Notes: generated from the letters alone by a model not told the origin. 61,845 nucleotides of DNA from Chitinophagaceae bacterium (GCA_051306075.1 JBPPMM010000719.1:1-61845); one strand, 5' to 3'; shown: positions 39,105-50,192, counted from the stretch's first letter. Made by a program: numbers and translations.

Positions 39105-40267
39105 TGAATTTATTCGACGTCTATCCGCTCAATGACATCACCATTGTAAAAGCCAAAGGATCTTACGTATGGGATGATAAGGGCGAACAATACCTCGACC
39201 TGTATGGCGGGCACGCAGTTATCAGTATCGGTCATACCCATCCGCATTGGGTAAAACGCATAGAAGAACAATTGGAAAAAATAGCTTTCTATTCCAATTC
39301 CATCAAAATTCCACTGCAACAGCAACTCGCTGAAAAGCTCGGCAAAATTTCCGGAAAAGATTCTTACCAGTTATTCCTTTGCAATTCAGGTGCAGAAGCC
39401 AATGAAAATGCATTGAAGCTGGCTTCATTTCATAATGGGAGAAAAAAAGTTGTTGCGTTCAGTAAGGCATTTCATGGGCGAACCTCGCTGGCAGTATCTG
39501 CTACCGACAATAAAAATTACATTGCTCCGGTAAACGAAACAAACAATGTGATCTTTCTGCCTTTTAATGATGAGGAAGAGTTGGAAAAATGTTTCTCCAA
39601 AAATGGCAAAGAAATTTCCTCTGTCATCATTGAAGGTATACAGGGTGTTGGTGGTATTAATGTAGCGGATGATTCTTTCCTGAAAAAAATACGAAGTCTA
39701 TGTGATGAATATGGAGCTGTCTATATTGCAGACAGCGTTCAATGTGGGTATGGAAGAACGGGTAAATTTTTTAGTCATGATTTTTCCGGAGTAAGTGCAG
39801 ACATATATACCATGGCAAAAGGAATGGGTAATGGCTTTCCGGTGGCTGGTATTATCGTTGCCCCACACATTAAGCCAAAACATTTTCAATTAGGAACTAC
39901 TTTTGGAGGAAATCACCTGGCCTGCGCCGCAGCATTGGCTGTGCTGGAAATAATTGAAGAAGAAAAACTGATGGGTAATGCCGTAATGATCGGTAAATAT
40001 TTAAAAGACGAATTGAATGGAATTCCTGAATTAAATAATATCCGTGGCAAAGGACTGATGATTGGTTTTGATGTTCCCGAAGAGCTGAAAGACCTGAAGA
40101 AAAACTTGCTGTGGAATCAGAAAATATTTACCGGCGAAGCGAAACCTAATGTTATTCGTTTGCTGCCTTCGCTTGCCCTGAAGAAAAGAGATGCGGAAGA
40201 TTTTATTGAAGCGTTAAAAGAAGAGATCAGTGTTTCAAAGGTGAGTGCAGAAAATGTAGTATCATGA
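39104..40267 (+). CDS. argD: Acylornithine aminotransferase
   Basis: NSGAEANE, FHGRT, DSVQCG.GRTG, AKG, TFGGN. Confidence 0.93.
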   Translation: MNLFDVYPLNDITIVKAKGSYVWDDKGEQYLDLYGGHAVISIGHTHPHWVKRIEEQLEKIAFYSNSIKIPLQQQLAEKLGKISGKDSYQLFLCNSGAEANENALKLASFHNGRKKVVAFSKAFHGRTSLAVSATDNKNYIAPVNETNNVIFLPFNDEEELEKCFSKNGKEISSVIIEGIQGVGGINVADDSFLKKIRSLCDEYGAVYIADSVQCGYGRTGKFFSHDFSGVSADIYTMAKGMGNGFPVAGIIVAPHIKPKHFQLGTTFGGNHLACAAALAVLEIIEEEKLMGNAVMIGKYLKDELNGIPELNNIRGKGLMIGFDVPEELKDLKKNLLWNQKIFTGEAKPNVIRLLPSLALKKRDAEDFIEALKEEISVSKVSAENVVS

Positions 40268-40427
40268 AATAGGCTCGCCAATAAACGTGTTAGATAGTGA
40301 GGCAAGAATATTCCGGAAGTTTTTATAACCAGGCCGCAAACCAACAAAACGCTACCCTTATTTGTTCCCTGGTTCATGTACAGAACAAATTCCCGTTAAA
40401 GAAGATGGGAAAAATTTCAAATTCAGT

Positions 40428-41417
40428 ATGAATAATTTCATTTCGGCTCATGATGTAAACAATATGGATGCATTGGTGCAAAAGGCCCTTGCATACAAGG
40501 CCAATCCATTTGCCGATAAATTACTTGGCGCCAATAAGCGAATTGGTTGCTTGTTCCTGAACCCAAGTATGCGTACGCGGTTAAGTACCCAGATAGCAGC
40601 GCAGAATTTAGGAATGGAAGCTATTGTATTCAACGTAGGTAATGAAGGGTGGATGCTTGAATTTGAAGAAGAAGCCATTATGAGCGGCAGCACGGTGGAG
40701 CATGTAAAAGACGCCGCACCCATTTTCGGAAAATATTTTGACATCCTGGCCATCCGCACATTTCCGTCATTAAAAAACAGGGATGATGACTACAGTGAAC
40801 TGTATATTAAACAATTTATCAAATACGCTGGTATTCCGGTAGTAAGCCTTGAAAGTGCTACGCTGCATCCGTTACAGTCATTAACTGATATTATTACTAT
40901 TATTGAAACTGCAAAAACAAATCTGATCGGAACCACAAATGCTAATCCTAAACCCCGCATTGTTTTAACCTGGGCGCCCCATGTTAAACCCCTACCCCAG
41001 TGCGTTGCTAATAGTTTTTCTCAATGGATCAATGCGTGGGGTAAAGCAGATTTTGTTATCACGCATCCTGAAGATTATGAGCTGAGCGAAGAATTTACAA
41101 AAGGAGCTACCATTACTCACAACCAGGATGAAGCATTAGAAGGTGCCGATTTTGTTTATGTAAAGAATTGGAGTACTTATAATGATTACGGCAGAATTTA
41201 TTGCAACGATCCTTCGTGGATGCTCACCAATCAAAAATTAAAATTGACCAATAATGCAAAGGTGATGCATTGCCTGCCTGTAAGAAGAAATGTAGAACTA
41301 AGTGATGAAATACTGGACGGCCCAAACAGCATTGTAACGTTGGAAGCATCAAACCGGGTTTGGGCTGCCCAGGCTGTATTGAGTGAAATATTAGGCCCCC
41401 AACGAAGACCTTATTAA
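40428..41417 (+). CDS. argF: N-succinyl/N-acetylornithine carbamoyltransferase (ArgF')
   Basis: FLNPSMRT, HPLQ, WAPH.KPLP..VANS, HCLPVRRN; ATG 40428. Confidence 0.92.
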   Translation: MNNFISAHDVNNMDALVQKALAYKANPFADKLLGANKRIGCLFLNPSMRTRLSTQIAAQNLGMEAIVFNVGNEGWMLEFEEEAIMSGSTVEHVKDAAPIFGKYFDILAIRTFPSLKNRDDDYSELYIKQFIKYAGIPVVSLESATLHPLQSLTDIITIIETAKTNLIGTTNANPKPRIVLTWAPHVKPLPQCVANSFSQWINAWGKADFVITHPEDYELSEEFTKGATITHNQDEALEGADFVYVKNWSTYNDYGRIYCNDPSWMLTNQKLKLTNNAKVMHCLPVRRNVELSDEILDGPNSIVTLEASNRVWAAQAVLSEILGPQRRPY

Positions 41418-41430
41418 AAACAAGAAATCT

Positions 41431-42279
41431 GTGTTAGAGAAAATTGCTGAAACAATTAAAATGCTTCAAAGCCCCCCTTCAGGGGATGGGGGAAAACCTT
41501 CTCTTTTCATAATAAAGATCGGTGGAAATATTATTGATGATGCAACCAAACTTTCTTTATTCCTTAAAGATTTTGCATCCATCGGCAAAAATAAAATTCT
41601 GGTTCATGGCGGTGGAAAATTAGCTACCCGCTTAGCTGAGCAACTGGGAGTAACACAACAGTTAATTGACGGCAGAAGAATAACGGATAAAGAAACACTT
41701 AAAATTGTAACCATGGTGTATGCCGGTTATATCAATAAAAACATAGTGGCTTCTCTGCAGGCTAACCATTGTAATGCCATGGGACTCTGCGGAGCCGACG
41801 GGGATGTTATTCTTGCTCATAAGCGTAATCACCCGATATTGGATTATGGCTTTGCCGGTGATGTGGATGCTATTAATACAGGGCTTATAAAAAACTTACT
41901 TGAGCAAAATATTTCTTTAGTATTTGCGCCGATCACCCATGATCAGAAAGGTCAATTATTAAATACCAATGCGGATACAATTGCACAAGAGCTTGCAAAA
42001 GGCCTGAGCCATGAATTTGATGTGACATTGGTTTATTCTTTTGATAAAGCCGGCGTTTTACTGGATGCCAATGACGACAGCACAGTAATACACGAGATAA
42101 ATGCTTCCCGCTACAAAGAATTAAAAACGAAAAAAAAGATATTCGCCGGAATGATTCCTAAATTAGATAATGCTTTTGAGGCTTTAAAAAGCGGCGTAAA
42201 AAAAGTTATTATAGGCAAAGCGGAAAACCTGGCAGATCTTATATCAGGCAAATCAGGAACAACCATTATCAATGAATAA
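41431..42279 (+). CDS. argB: Acylglutamate kinase
   Basis: IKIGG, VHGGG, GRRITD, NTNAD, GMIPK; start may be ATG 41461. Confidence 0.94.
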   Translation: MLEKIAETIKMLQSPPSGDGGKPSLFIIKIGGNIIDDATKLSLFLKDFASIGKNKILVHGGGKLATRLAEQLGVTQQLIDGRRITDKETLKIVTMVYAGYINKNIVASLQANHCNAMGLCGADGDVILAHKRNHPILDYGFAGDVDAINTGLIKNLLEQNISLVFAPITHDQKGQLLNTNADTIAQELAKGLSHEFDVTLVYSFDKAGVLLDANDDSTVIHEINASRYKELKTKKKIFAGMIPKLDNAFEALKSGVKKVIIGKAENLADLISGKSGTTIINE

Positions 42280-43342
42280 TAAACTAAATACTTTGTATGA
42301 AGAAGCCATCGGCTTATTAAAAGAGCTGATCGCCACCCCCTCTTTCAGTAAAGAAGAAGATGAAACGGCCGGCATACTTTGCCGTTTCATAGGTGAAAAA
42401 GGCATTCAACATAGCCGGGTAGGCAATAACGTTTATGCATTGAACAAATACTATGACGTAAACAAACCCAGTATCCTGCTCAATTCCCATCATGATACCG
42501 TGAAACCAAACAAGGGTTATACATTTGATCCCTTCAGTCCATTCGAAAAAGACGGAAAATTATTTGGACTGGGCAGTAATGATGCCGGTGGTTGCCTGGT
42601 TTCACTGCTGGCCAGCTTTCTCTATTATTATGACCGTGAAGATCTCGATCATAATGTTGTATTTGCAGCCAGCGCAGAAGAGGAGATCAGCGGAGTTAAT
42701 GGTATTGAGTTGGTACTTCCCTATCTTGGCAAACTGGATTATGGAATTGTAGGCGAACCTACAAAATTAGAAATGGCCGTGGCTGAGCGGGGATTGATGG
42801 TGATAGATTGTACTGCCGAAGGCCGTTCCGGGCATGCAGCCAGAAACGAAGGAGAAAACGCACTATACAAAGCTTTGGATGATATTAACTGGCTACGCAA
42901 TTATAAATTTGAAAAGGTAAGTCCCCTGCTTGGAGAATCAAGACTGACCGCAACGGTAATCAATACAGAAAACCAGCAGCACAACGTTGTCCCATCGCAA
43001 TGCAAATTTGTTATTGATGTGCGGGTAAACGAATTATATAGCTTTGAAGAGATTCTCGATGCATTAAAAGCTAATATGAAAAGTAAATTTAAGCCGCGTA
43101 CTACCCGGATGAAATCCACCTCTATCGCTCTGGATCATCCGCTGGTAAAAGCAGGTGTAAATTTAGGCAGGGGTTACTATGGCTCCCCTACTACTTCGGA
43201 TAAAGCATTAATGCCGTTTGCAACTTTAAAAATGGGCCCCGGCGACAGTGCACGCAGCCATACTGCGGATGAATACATTTACCTGGAGGAAATAAAAGAA
43301 GGGATCAACACATATATTAAGCTTGTAGATCAGTTGGTTTAA
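42272..43342 (+). CDS. argE: M20 deacylase of the arg pathway (ArgE-like)
   Basis: NSHHDTV, GLGSNDAG, EEE, GEPT, GHAA, SHTADE; in the arg operon. Confidence 0.85.
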   Translation: MNNKLNTLYEEAIGLLKELIATPSFSKEEDETAGILCRFIGEKGIQHSRVGNNVYALNKYYDVNKPSILLNSHHDTVKPNKGYTFDPFSPFEKDGKLFGLGSNDAGGCLVSLLASFLYYYDREDLDHNVVFAASAEEEISGVNGIELVLPYLGKLDYGIVGEPTKLEMAVAERGLMVIDCTAEGRSGHAARNEGENALYKALDDINWLRNYKFEKVSPLLGESRLTATVINTENQQHNVVPSQCKFVIDVRVNELYSFEEILDALKANMKSKFKPRTTRMKSTSIALDHPLVKAGVNLGRGYYGSPTTSDKALMPFATLKMGPGDSARSHTADEYIYLEEIKEGINTYIKLVDQLV

Positions 43343-43419
43343 GAATGAAAATTTCCCGGCTATAATAGTTTGACAGAATGTTTACAAAGTATACCAACTA
43401 CCGAAAAATAAAATAACAG

Positions 43420-44751
43420 ATGAAATTGTGGCAAAAAGATAAATCCTCATTAAAAGAAGTAGAAACATTCACTGTAGGTAACGACAGGGAAATGGATATG
43501 TATTTAGCCCCTTTTGATATTTTGGGTTCACTGGCTCATATTGAAATGCTGGCCTCGGTTGGATTATTGACCAAAGAAGAACTTGCGCAACTTCAAACAG
43601 AGTTAAAAAAAATTTACGAGGTGATACAGAAGGGTGAATTTAAACTACAGGATGATGTAGAAGATATTCATTCGCAAATAGAGATGTTGCTCACAAAAAG
43701 TTTGGGTGACGTTGGCAAGAAAATACATGCCGCACGCAGCCGCAACGACCAGGTGCTGGTAGATATAAAATTGTATTTACGATCTGAACTGGAAAATCTC
43801 GTTCAAACCATATTACCCCTTTTCGACTTACTCCAGGCTCAAAGTGAAAAGTATAAAACGGATCTGCTGCCAGGCTATACACATTTACAATTAGCTATGC
43901 CTTCCTCGTTTGGCTTGTGGTTTGGTGCCTATGCAGAAAGTTTTATAGATGATATGGTGACAATAAAAGCGGCTTACGATGTGGTTAATAAAAATCCCCT
44001 GGGTTCTGCTGCTGGTTATGGCTCATCATTCCCTATCAACAGAACTTTAACAACAAAACTTTTAGGATTTGCTGACCTTAATTACAATGTAGTGTATGCG
44101 CAAATGGGACGCGGTAAAGCAGAACGGATAACAGCGACAGCCCTGGCAAATGTAGCAGATACACTGAGCAAACTATCTATGGATGCCACTTTGTTCTTAA
44201 ACCAGAATTTTAGTTTCATCAGTTTCCCCGGCGAACTGACAACGGGAAGCAGCATTATGCCGCACAAAAAAAATCCTGATGTTTTTGAGTTGATACGCAG
44301 TCATTGCAACCGCATCAAAGCCTTACCCAATGAATTAACATTGATGACCACCAATCTGCCATCCGGCTATCATCGCGATCTGCAATTATTGAAGGAACAT
44401 TTATTTCCTGCTTTTAAAACATTAAAGGATTGCATTGAAATGACCGGATTAATGATTTCCCATATTGAAGTAAAGAAGGATATTCTGAATGATGAAAAAT
44501 ACAAGTACCTGTATAGCGTAGAGGAAGTAAACAAACTGGTAAATAATGGAGTGCCTTTCAGGGATGCTTATAAAAAAATCGGGACCGACATTGAGTCCGG
44601 GCATTTCAATTATGACACAAAAATTAATCATAACCACGAAGGCAGTATCGGGAACCTATGTACAATAGAAATAAAGGACATGATGCAAAAAGTGCTGGAT
44701 TCGTTTCCCTTTACATCTGTCCGCACGGCCATTGACAAGTTAACCCGATGA
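43420..44751 (+). CDS. argH: Argininosuccinate lyase
   Basis: EDIH, RSRNDQ, PGYTHLQ, GSSIMPHKKNP. Confidence 0.96.
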   Translation: MKLWQKDKSSLKEVETFTVGNDREMDMYLAPFDILGSLAHIEMLASVGLLTKEELAQLQTELKKIYEVIQKGEFKLQDDVEDIHSQIEMLLTKSLGDVGKKIHAARSRNDQVLVDIKLYLRSELENLVQTILPLFDLLQAQSEKYKTDLLPGYTHLQLAMPSSFGLWFGAYAESFIDDMVTIKAAYDVVNKNPLGSAAGYGSSFPINRTLTTKLLGFADLNYNVVYAQMGRGKAERITATALANVADTLSKLSMDATLFLNQNFSFISFPGELTTGSSIMPHKKNPDVFELIRSHCNRIKALPNELTLMTTNLPSGYHRDLQLLKEHLFPAFKTLKDCIEMTGLMISHIEVKKDILNDEKYKYLYSVEEVNKLVNNGVPFRDAYKKIGTDIESGHFNYDTKINHNHEGSIGNLCTIEIKDMMQKVLDSFPFTSVRTAIDKLTR

Positions 44752-44783
44752 AGATAATTTCTCGTTCATTCACCATTTTTAGT

Positions 44784-46181
44784 TTAAGGTAACCCATATT
44801 GATCTACCAGATATGTTAGCGCCGCCATATTAACAGCGCCCAGTTCCAATTCTCTTTTGTTTACATTTTCAAATACATCACTGCGTGCATGATGAATATC
44901 AAAATACCTTTGTGTATCCGGTGCTAATCCGGCCAGGGGTGTTCCAAATGTTTTATTAAGCGGTCCTATATCAGCACCGCCCCCACCTCTTACAAAATCA
45001 CCGGCTCCATAGGGAGCTATAAGCTCACGCCACGATAATATTTTTTTAAACTGTTCGTCAGATACTACAAAACCAAATCCTCTTGGGGTAAATCCGCCGG
45101 CATCGCTTTCCAATGCAAAAATGTGTTTTTCATTTTTGGCCTTTGCTTCTTCTGCATATTTAGTAGCTCCTGCTAATCCATTTTCTTCATTGGCAAACAA
45201 AACAAATCGTATCGTTCGTTTGGGTTTATAGCCAATAGACTTGAATGCTCTTAATATTTCTATTGTCTGCACGCAACCTGCTCCGTCATCATGCGCACCT
45301 TCACTATTGTCCCAGCTATCCAAATGCCCTCCAACCGTGATGATCTCACCAGGAAATTCAGAACCTTTTAACTCCCCGATCACATTATGCCCGATGGCAT
45401 CCGGTAGAAACTTTCCATTAGTTCTGATGAAAACACTCACTTTTTCCTTTCCAAGCTTTTCACTTAATATATCAGCATCTTTTAATCCAATAGCCACAGC
45501 GGGGATTGAAGGATAGCTTGTATCATAATGAGTGGCTCCGGTATGAGGAATGTTGTCGGTACTATTACTCATACTCCTTACAATAACCGCAATGGCTCCA
45601 TACTTAGAAGCCCTTGACGGTCCCTGGCTGCGGTATTGGGCAGCATCACGATAAGCTAAAAAGTTATTTATGTACAATGGATTGAATTTATAGTTATAAA
45701 AAACAATCTTTCCTGCTACCTGGTCTTTCTTTTCTTCCAGTTCTTCAAAGGAATTTACCAGTACTACATTGTCAACAATGCCTTTGGCGCCAGTACCGAT
45801 TGAATTTCCTAAAGCAATTACTTCCAGTTTTTTCAACATCGTTGTTTTCCCGATTGCATTTGCCGTTGATTGAAATGTCATGATACCGGCTTCATCTTTT
45901 CCACCCCTTATCCAGTGTGGCACCAGGCATTGTTGTTTCCATATCTTGTCAGCACCGCTCTCCTGAAATGTTCTGAAAGCCCATTCCTCCGATTTGATCA
46001 TTCCAGCCGAACCTGCCAGCCTGGGCCCGATCTGCCTGGTAAGGAACCGAAGATTATCATAAGCCTTACTATTGATAAGTATTTCGCTGGCAATATTGCG
46101 GATGACCGCCGAATCTGCATTCTGTGCCGGGGAAACGAATCCACTAAAAAATAAAACAAAAAAAATTATTATAACCCTCAT
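44784..46181 (-). CDS. M28 family metallopeptidase (carboxypeptidase Q-like) with PA domain, secreted
   Basis: GPRLAGS, GGHLDSWD, GAHDDG, NEENG, ESD; signal peptide from ATG 46181. Confidence 0.88.
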   Translation of the reverse strand: MRVIIIFFVLFFSGFVSPAQNADSAVIRNIASEILINSKAYDNLRFLTRQIGPRLAGSAGMIKSEEWAFRTFQESGADKIWKQQCLVPHWIRGGKDEAGIMTFQSTANAIGKTTMLKKLEVIALGNSIGTGAKGIVDNVVLVNSFEELEEKKDQVAGKIVFYNYKFNPLYINNFLAYRDAAQYRSQGPSRASKYGAIAVIVRSMSNSTDNIPHTGATHYDTSYPSIPAVAIGLKDADILSEKLGKEKVSVFIRTNGKFLPDAIGHNVIGELKGSEFPGEIITVGGHLDSWDNSEGAHDDGAGCVQTIEILRAFKSIGYKPKRTIRFVLFANEENGLAGATKYAEEAKAKNEKHIFALESDAGGFTPRGFGFVVSDEQFKKILSWRELIAPYGAGDFVRGGGGADIGPLNKTFGTPLAGLAPDTQRYFDIHHARSDVFENVNKRELELGAVNMAALTYLVDQYGLP

Positions 46182-46303
46182 GTGATTCTTTTTGGCTAAA
46201 GATAAAAGAAACATGAAATGAAAATAAATATTTACTCTAACGGCAAACCTTCCTCCTGCAAAACTGTTAACTTAGGCATTATTAAAGAGCAATTATTTTT
46301 TAT

Positions 46304-47422
46304 ATGCGAATTGGAATTGTTTGCTATCCCACGTTTGGTGGTAGTGGCGTGCTGGCCACCGAATTAGGAAAGGCCCTGGCCCAGAAAGGTCATCACGTTC
46401 ATTTCATTACGTACCAACAACCCGTCAGGCTGAATGGTTTTATACCCAATATTTATTACCACGAGGTACAGGTACCCACCTACCCATTATTCGATTATCC
46501 TCCTTATGAAACAGCCCTGGCCAGCGCCATGGTAGATGTAATAAAAAACAATAACCTGGATTTGTTGCATGTTCACTATGCTATCCCTCACGCTTCCGCT
46601 GCCTTTATGGCCAAAAAGATACTGGAGCATGAAGGAAAAAATATCCCTGTTATTACTACGCTGCATGGTACCGATATCACGTTGGTAGGTCGTGATAAAA
46701 CCTATGCTCCGGTTGTTGCTTTTTCAATAAACCAAAGTGATGGGATCACCGCTGTATCCGAAAATCTTCGGGATGAAACTTATAAAATATTTACGATTGA
46801 GAAAGAAATAGAAGTGATCTACAACTTTGTAGATGTGGAGCGGTTTACACGCAAACCTATCGATGCATTTAAAAAAGTGATAGCACCAAACGGGGAACGT
46901 ATTTTATTACATGCATCTAATTTCAGAAAGATAAAAAGAGTGCAGGATGTAGTAAAAATATTTCACGAAGTACACAAAGAATTGCCCAGCAAATTATTAT
47001 TTGTAGGGGATGGACCTGAAAGACAGATGGCAGAAGAACTCAGCCGTTCATTAGACGTATGTGATGATGTCAGGTTTGTAGGCAAGCAGGAGCAAATGGA
47101 AGATATTCTGGCCATAGCCGACCTGTTCCTTCTTACATCTGACTATGAAAGTTTTGGGTTGGCTGCCCTTGAAGCCATGGCTGCCGGCGTACCTGTAGTA
47201 TCTACAAATGCAGGAGGATTAAAGGAAATCATGATCCAGGGTAAAACAGGATTTATGGCTGATATTGGAGATATCAGTTCGATGAGCAGTTTTGCTTTAG
47301 ATATCTTAAGAAATGCTGATGATCTGATTAAATTTAAAGCCAATGCTTCCAAGCATGCCAGGAAATTTGACATCAGCAATATCGTTCCGATTTATGAAAA
47401 ATTATACGAACGATTTCTTTAG
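46304..47422 (+). CDS. bshA: N-acetyl-alpha-D-glucosaminyl L-malate synthase (bacillithiol synthesis)
   Basis: CYPTFGGSG..ATELG, HVHYAIPHA, TTLHGTD, SNFR..KR, ESFGLAALEA. Confidence 0.93.
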   Translation: MRIGIVCYPTFGGSGVLATELGKALAQKGHHVHFITYQQPVRLNGFIPNIYYHEVQVPTYPLFDYPPYETALASAMVDVIKNNNLDLLHVHYAIPHASAAFMAKKILEHEGKNIPVITTLHGTDITLVGRDKTYAPVVAFSINQSDGITAVSENLRDETYKIFTIEKEIEVIYNFVDVERFTRKPIDAFKKVIAPNGERILLHASNFRKIKRVQDVVKIFHEVHKELPSKLLFVGDGPERQMAEELSRSLDVCDDVRFVGKQEQMEDILAIADLFLLTSDYESFGLAALEAMAAGVPVVSTNAGGLKEIMIQGKTGFMADIGDISSMSSFALDILRNADDLIKFKANASKHARKFDISNIVPIYEKLYERFL

Positions 47423-47513
47423 ATCGGTTATCGGTAATTATTTCTCCCCGAATATCATTAATCATTCCGGCGTCTTCTCTTATCAGAGCCTCCTGCTAAG
47501 TTCCCGTACATAA

Positions 47514-48851
47514 TCATCGCCGTAACCAACCGGCAGGATTCACATTATTGTTTTCAATCATCAGCATAAAATTTACCTGGCCACCGGAGCCATCGTCTGC
47601 TTCACCAGCGGTTCCTATTACCTGACCTGTTCTTACATTAGCTCCTTTGCTTACATTCACCCCTGAAAGATTACTGTAGGTGGTGATATATTTTCCGTGT
47701 CGAACTACCACAGCAGCTGCCTCACCATAGTTGTGAATGGCCATTATCTCACCGTCAAATACTGATTTTACAGCCGATCCAACCTGGGTGCCAATTGTAA
47801 GACCAGGGTTATCATCGTATATATTGGTAAATCCTTCAACTTTATATTTTCCGAATGGTACCTTGATAAAACTTTTATCTACCGGCCAGGGCAATTTGCC
47901 TTTATTATTTGAAAAATCTGCACCCAGCTTTACATCCCTTGCATTTAATTCAAGATAACTTTCAGGTTTTTTTTCAACCACCTCGGGTTTCTCCGCTATT
48001 ACTACAGGCGCAGCAGTTGGACTTGCAGGATTCTCAGCCGCTTCACTTTTCTTTTTTGCTTCAGCAATCCGGTTTCTTTCTTTCTTTTCTGCAGCTATCC
48101 TTTCTTCTTCTTTTTTCTTTGCTGCTTCTATCTCTCTTCTGACAATGGCAGTAAGCGCATTTTTAAGGTCGCGGTCCCGTTTCTTTTTTGCTGCAATTTG
48201 TTTCTGAAGATCGTTTCCCTGCAATTTTAATTTTGAGACCACAACGTCTTTTTCTTTTTTCTGTACCGATAACTCATTTCTTTCAACGGTCTGACTTTGC
48301 AAGGCTTCATTTTTCTCCTGCTTACGGCCCAGTTGCTGTTGCTGTCGCCTGGCAATCAATGCCTGCGTTTCATGGATGGTAGTCACTTGTTTTTCACGGT
48401 AAGCACGGTAGCTCTTCAGGTAAGCAACCCGGCGTATAGCATCATTAAAACTGTTGGCAGAGAATATGAAATTCACATAATCGAAACTGCTCCGGTTCTT
48501 GTATGCGTATACAATGGTGCGGGCATATTCAGATTTTAACGTATCCAATTGTTTTTGCAAACGATAAATTTCAAGGTTGCTCTTATATAAATCATCATCA
48601 ATCATTCTCAGCTCTTTGTTGATACTGCTGATATATCTCTCCTGAAGCGTAATTTTCCTGGCCAGCATATTTAACTGACCTAAGGATTGTTTGGTCTGGC
48701 CCTTTATTTTATTATACATCCCCTGAATTTCTTTCAATTCATTTTGTATCTCCCTTCTTTCTCTTTCCAGTTCGGATTTATCCGTAGACTGCGCAAAAAG
48801 AAAACCGGTAGCACTAAAAAAAAGAAAAATGATTAAGAGGGGTCTAAACAT
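47514..48851 (-). CDS. EnvC-like murein hydrolase activator (coiled coil + degenerate M23)
   Basis: Long coiled coil, KGKLPWPV, VVRHG.Y.T.Y; Zn ligands degenerate. Confidence 0.85.
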   Translation of the reverse strand: MFRPLLIIFLFFSATGFLFAQSTDKSELERERREIQNELKEIQGMYNKIKGQTKQSLGQLNMLARKITLQERYISSINKELRMIDDDLYKSNLEIYRLQKQLDTLKSEYARTIVYAYKNRSSFDYVNFIFSANSFNDAIRRVAYLKSYRAYREKQVTTIHETQALIARRQQQQLGRKQEKNEALQSQTVERNELSVQKKEKDVVVSKLKLQGNDLQKQIAAKKKRDRDLKNALTAIVRREIEAAKKKEEERIAAEKKERNRIAEAKKKSEAAENPASPTAAPVVIAEKPEVVEKKPESYLELNARDVKLGADFSNNKGKLPWPVDKSFIKVPFGKYKVEGFTNIYDDNPGLTIGTQVGSAVKSVFDGEIMAIHNYGEAAAVVVRHGKYITTYSNLSGVNVSKGANVRTGQVIGTAGEADDGSGGQVNFMLMIENNNVNPAGWLRR

Positions 48852-48923
48852 GATCCGAATTTTGAATTATTAATTGGTATGGCAGAGAAATTATAACGAG
48901 CCTGCTCCCGATAAATTATCCAC

Positions 48924-49736
48924 TTAGTTTCGTTTAAAATTTTTCGGTACTGAAAATGGGAAACTTAACGTTTCATTAAAATCATATGACTTAAAATCCA
49001 GTTTAATATCCAACTTGGATTTTTCAGCTACCGTTATTCTTCTTTTTGTAGAAAATAAAACTCCTTTTTTATTCTCATAATCTGAATAGCTCAGATTGCA
49101 GGTCCGGCTCCTGGTTTTATCTATATCATCAAGTTTACTGTTCTCAATCCTGAACATTTCATTTATAGTTAGCAAATTTTTGAACCAATTACCAATGCTC
49201 AATAATGAAATAGTATTTCCTGTTTTTGAATAGGATAATATTATACTATCAACAAAGACCGGGTTACCTATCAGTATTTCCTGCAACGAATGAAGATCTA
49301 AGGGCAAAGCGGTTACTTCCTGCAAATAAGCTACGCTCCGTGCCGTATATACTTTATCCTGCTTATTTAATATTTTGACTGAATCTTTCGTAATAAAAGC
49401 CCTTAGTCCCTCTATACCAAAAACCGCCGTAATTGAAATCCAGATTGCACTGTCTTTATACATCCTCAAATTGGCATTAACATCGTATTTCTTTCCATCC
49501 GTTCCCTGGTAGTCTACATTCACTTTTGCAGAAAAAGTAGTAAAATTAATAATACCGGCCTGCATTGTATCCACCGTTTGCCTTATAAATGTCGCTGAAT
49601 CATCGCCCGAACTTAAAGGGGGTGTTATTACCTGCAGAGAATCCTTTTTTGCTATTGCCGTTTGGATTTTTCTTGTTGACCTGCACGATGTCATTAAAAT
49701 AGTTCCTGTCAAAAGAATTAAAATCGCTCTGATCAT
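48924..49736 (-). CDS. DUF4292 family lipoprotein
   Basis: MTSC lipobox, LRMYKDSAIWIS, FPFSVPK; sits between dut and the envC-like gene. Confidence 0.8.
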   Translation of the reverse strand: MIRAILILLTGTILMTSCRSTRKIQTAIAKKDSLQVITPPLSSGDDSATFIRQTVDTMQAGIINFTTFSAKVNVDYQGTDGKKYDVNANLRMYKDSAIWISITAVFGIEGLRAFITKDSVKILNKQDKVYTARSVAYLQEVTALPLDLHSLQEILIGNPVFVDSIILSYSKTGNTISLLSIGNWFKNLLTINEMFRIENSKLDDIDKTRSRTCNLSYSDYENKKGVLFSTKRRITVAEKSKLDIKLDFKSYDFNETLSFPFSVPKNFKRN

Positions 49737-49748
49737 TTTTATTATCTT

Positions 49749-50192
49749 TTATTTCTTGCCGGTATGTCCAAAACCTCCATCATTTCTTTCCGTTATTTCC
49801 AACTCATCAACCAATTTCCAATTTGCCTGTTCCACTTTTTGAACAACCATTTGTGCAATTCGGTCTCCATGTTGAATGACTTGCTCTTCCTGCGAAAGGT
49901 TGATTAAAATAACCTTAATTTCTCCCCGGTAATCTGCATCAATAGTTCCCGGAGTATTCAGGCAGGTGATCCCGTTTTTTATTGCAAGGCCGCTGCGTGG
50001 TCGTATCTGCACCTCGTATCCTTCAGGGATCTCAATAAAAATGCCTGTGGGTATTAAGGCTCTCTGCATAGGTTGCAAGGATTGAGGTTTGTCGAGGCTG
50101 GCCCTTATATCCATACCGGACGATCCGCTGGTAGCATACCCGGGCAATGAATTAGATGAAGTGTTGACGATCTTTATTTCAATTGGTTTCAT
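49749..50192 (-). CDS. dut: dUTP diphosphatase
   Basis: [32 protein letters not shown]. Confidence 0.96.
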   Translation of the reverse strand: MKPIEIKIVNTSSNSLPGYATSGSSGMDIRASLDKPQSLQPMQRALIPTGIFIEIPEGYEVQIRPRSGLAIKNGITCLNTPGTIDADYRGEIKVILINLSQEEQVIQHGDRIAQMVVQKVEQANWKLVDELEITERNDGGFGHTGKK

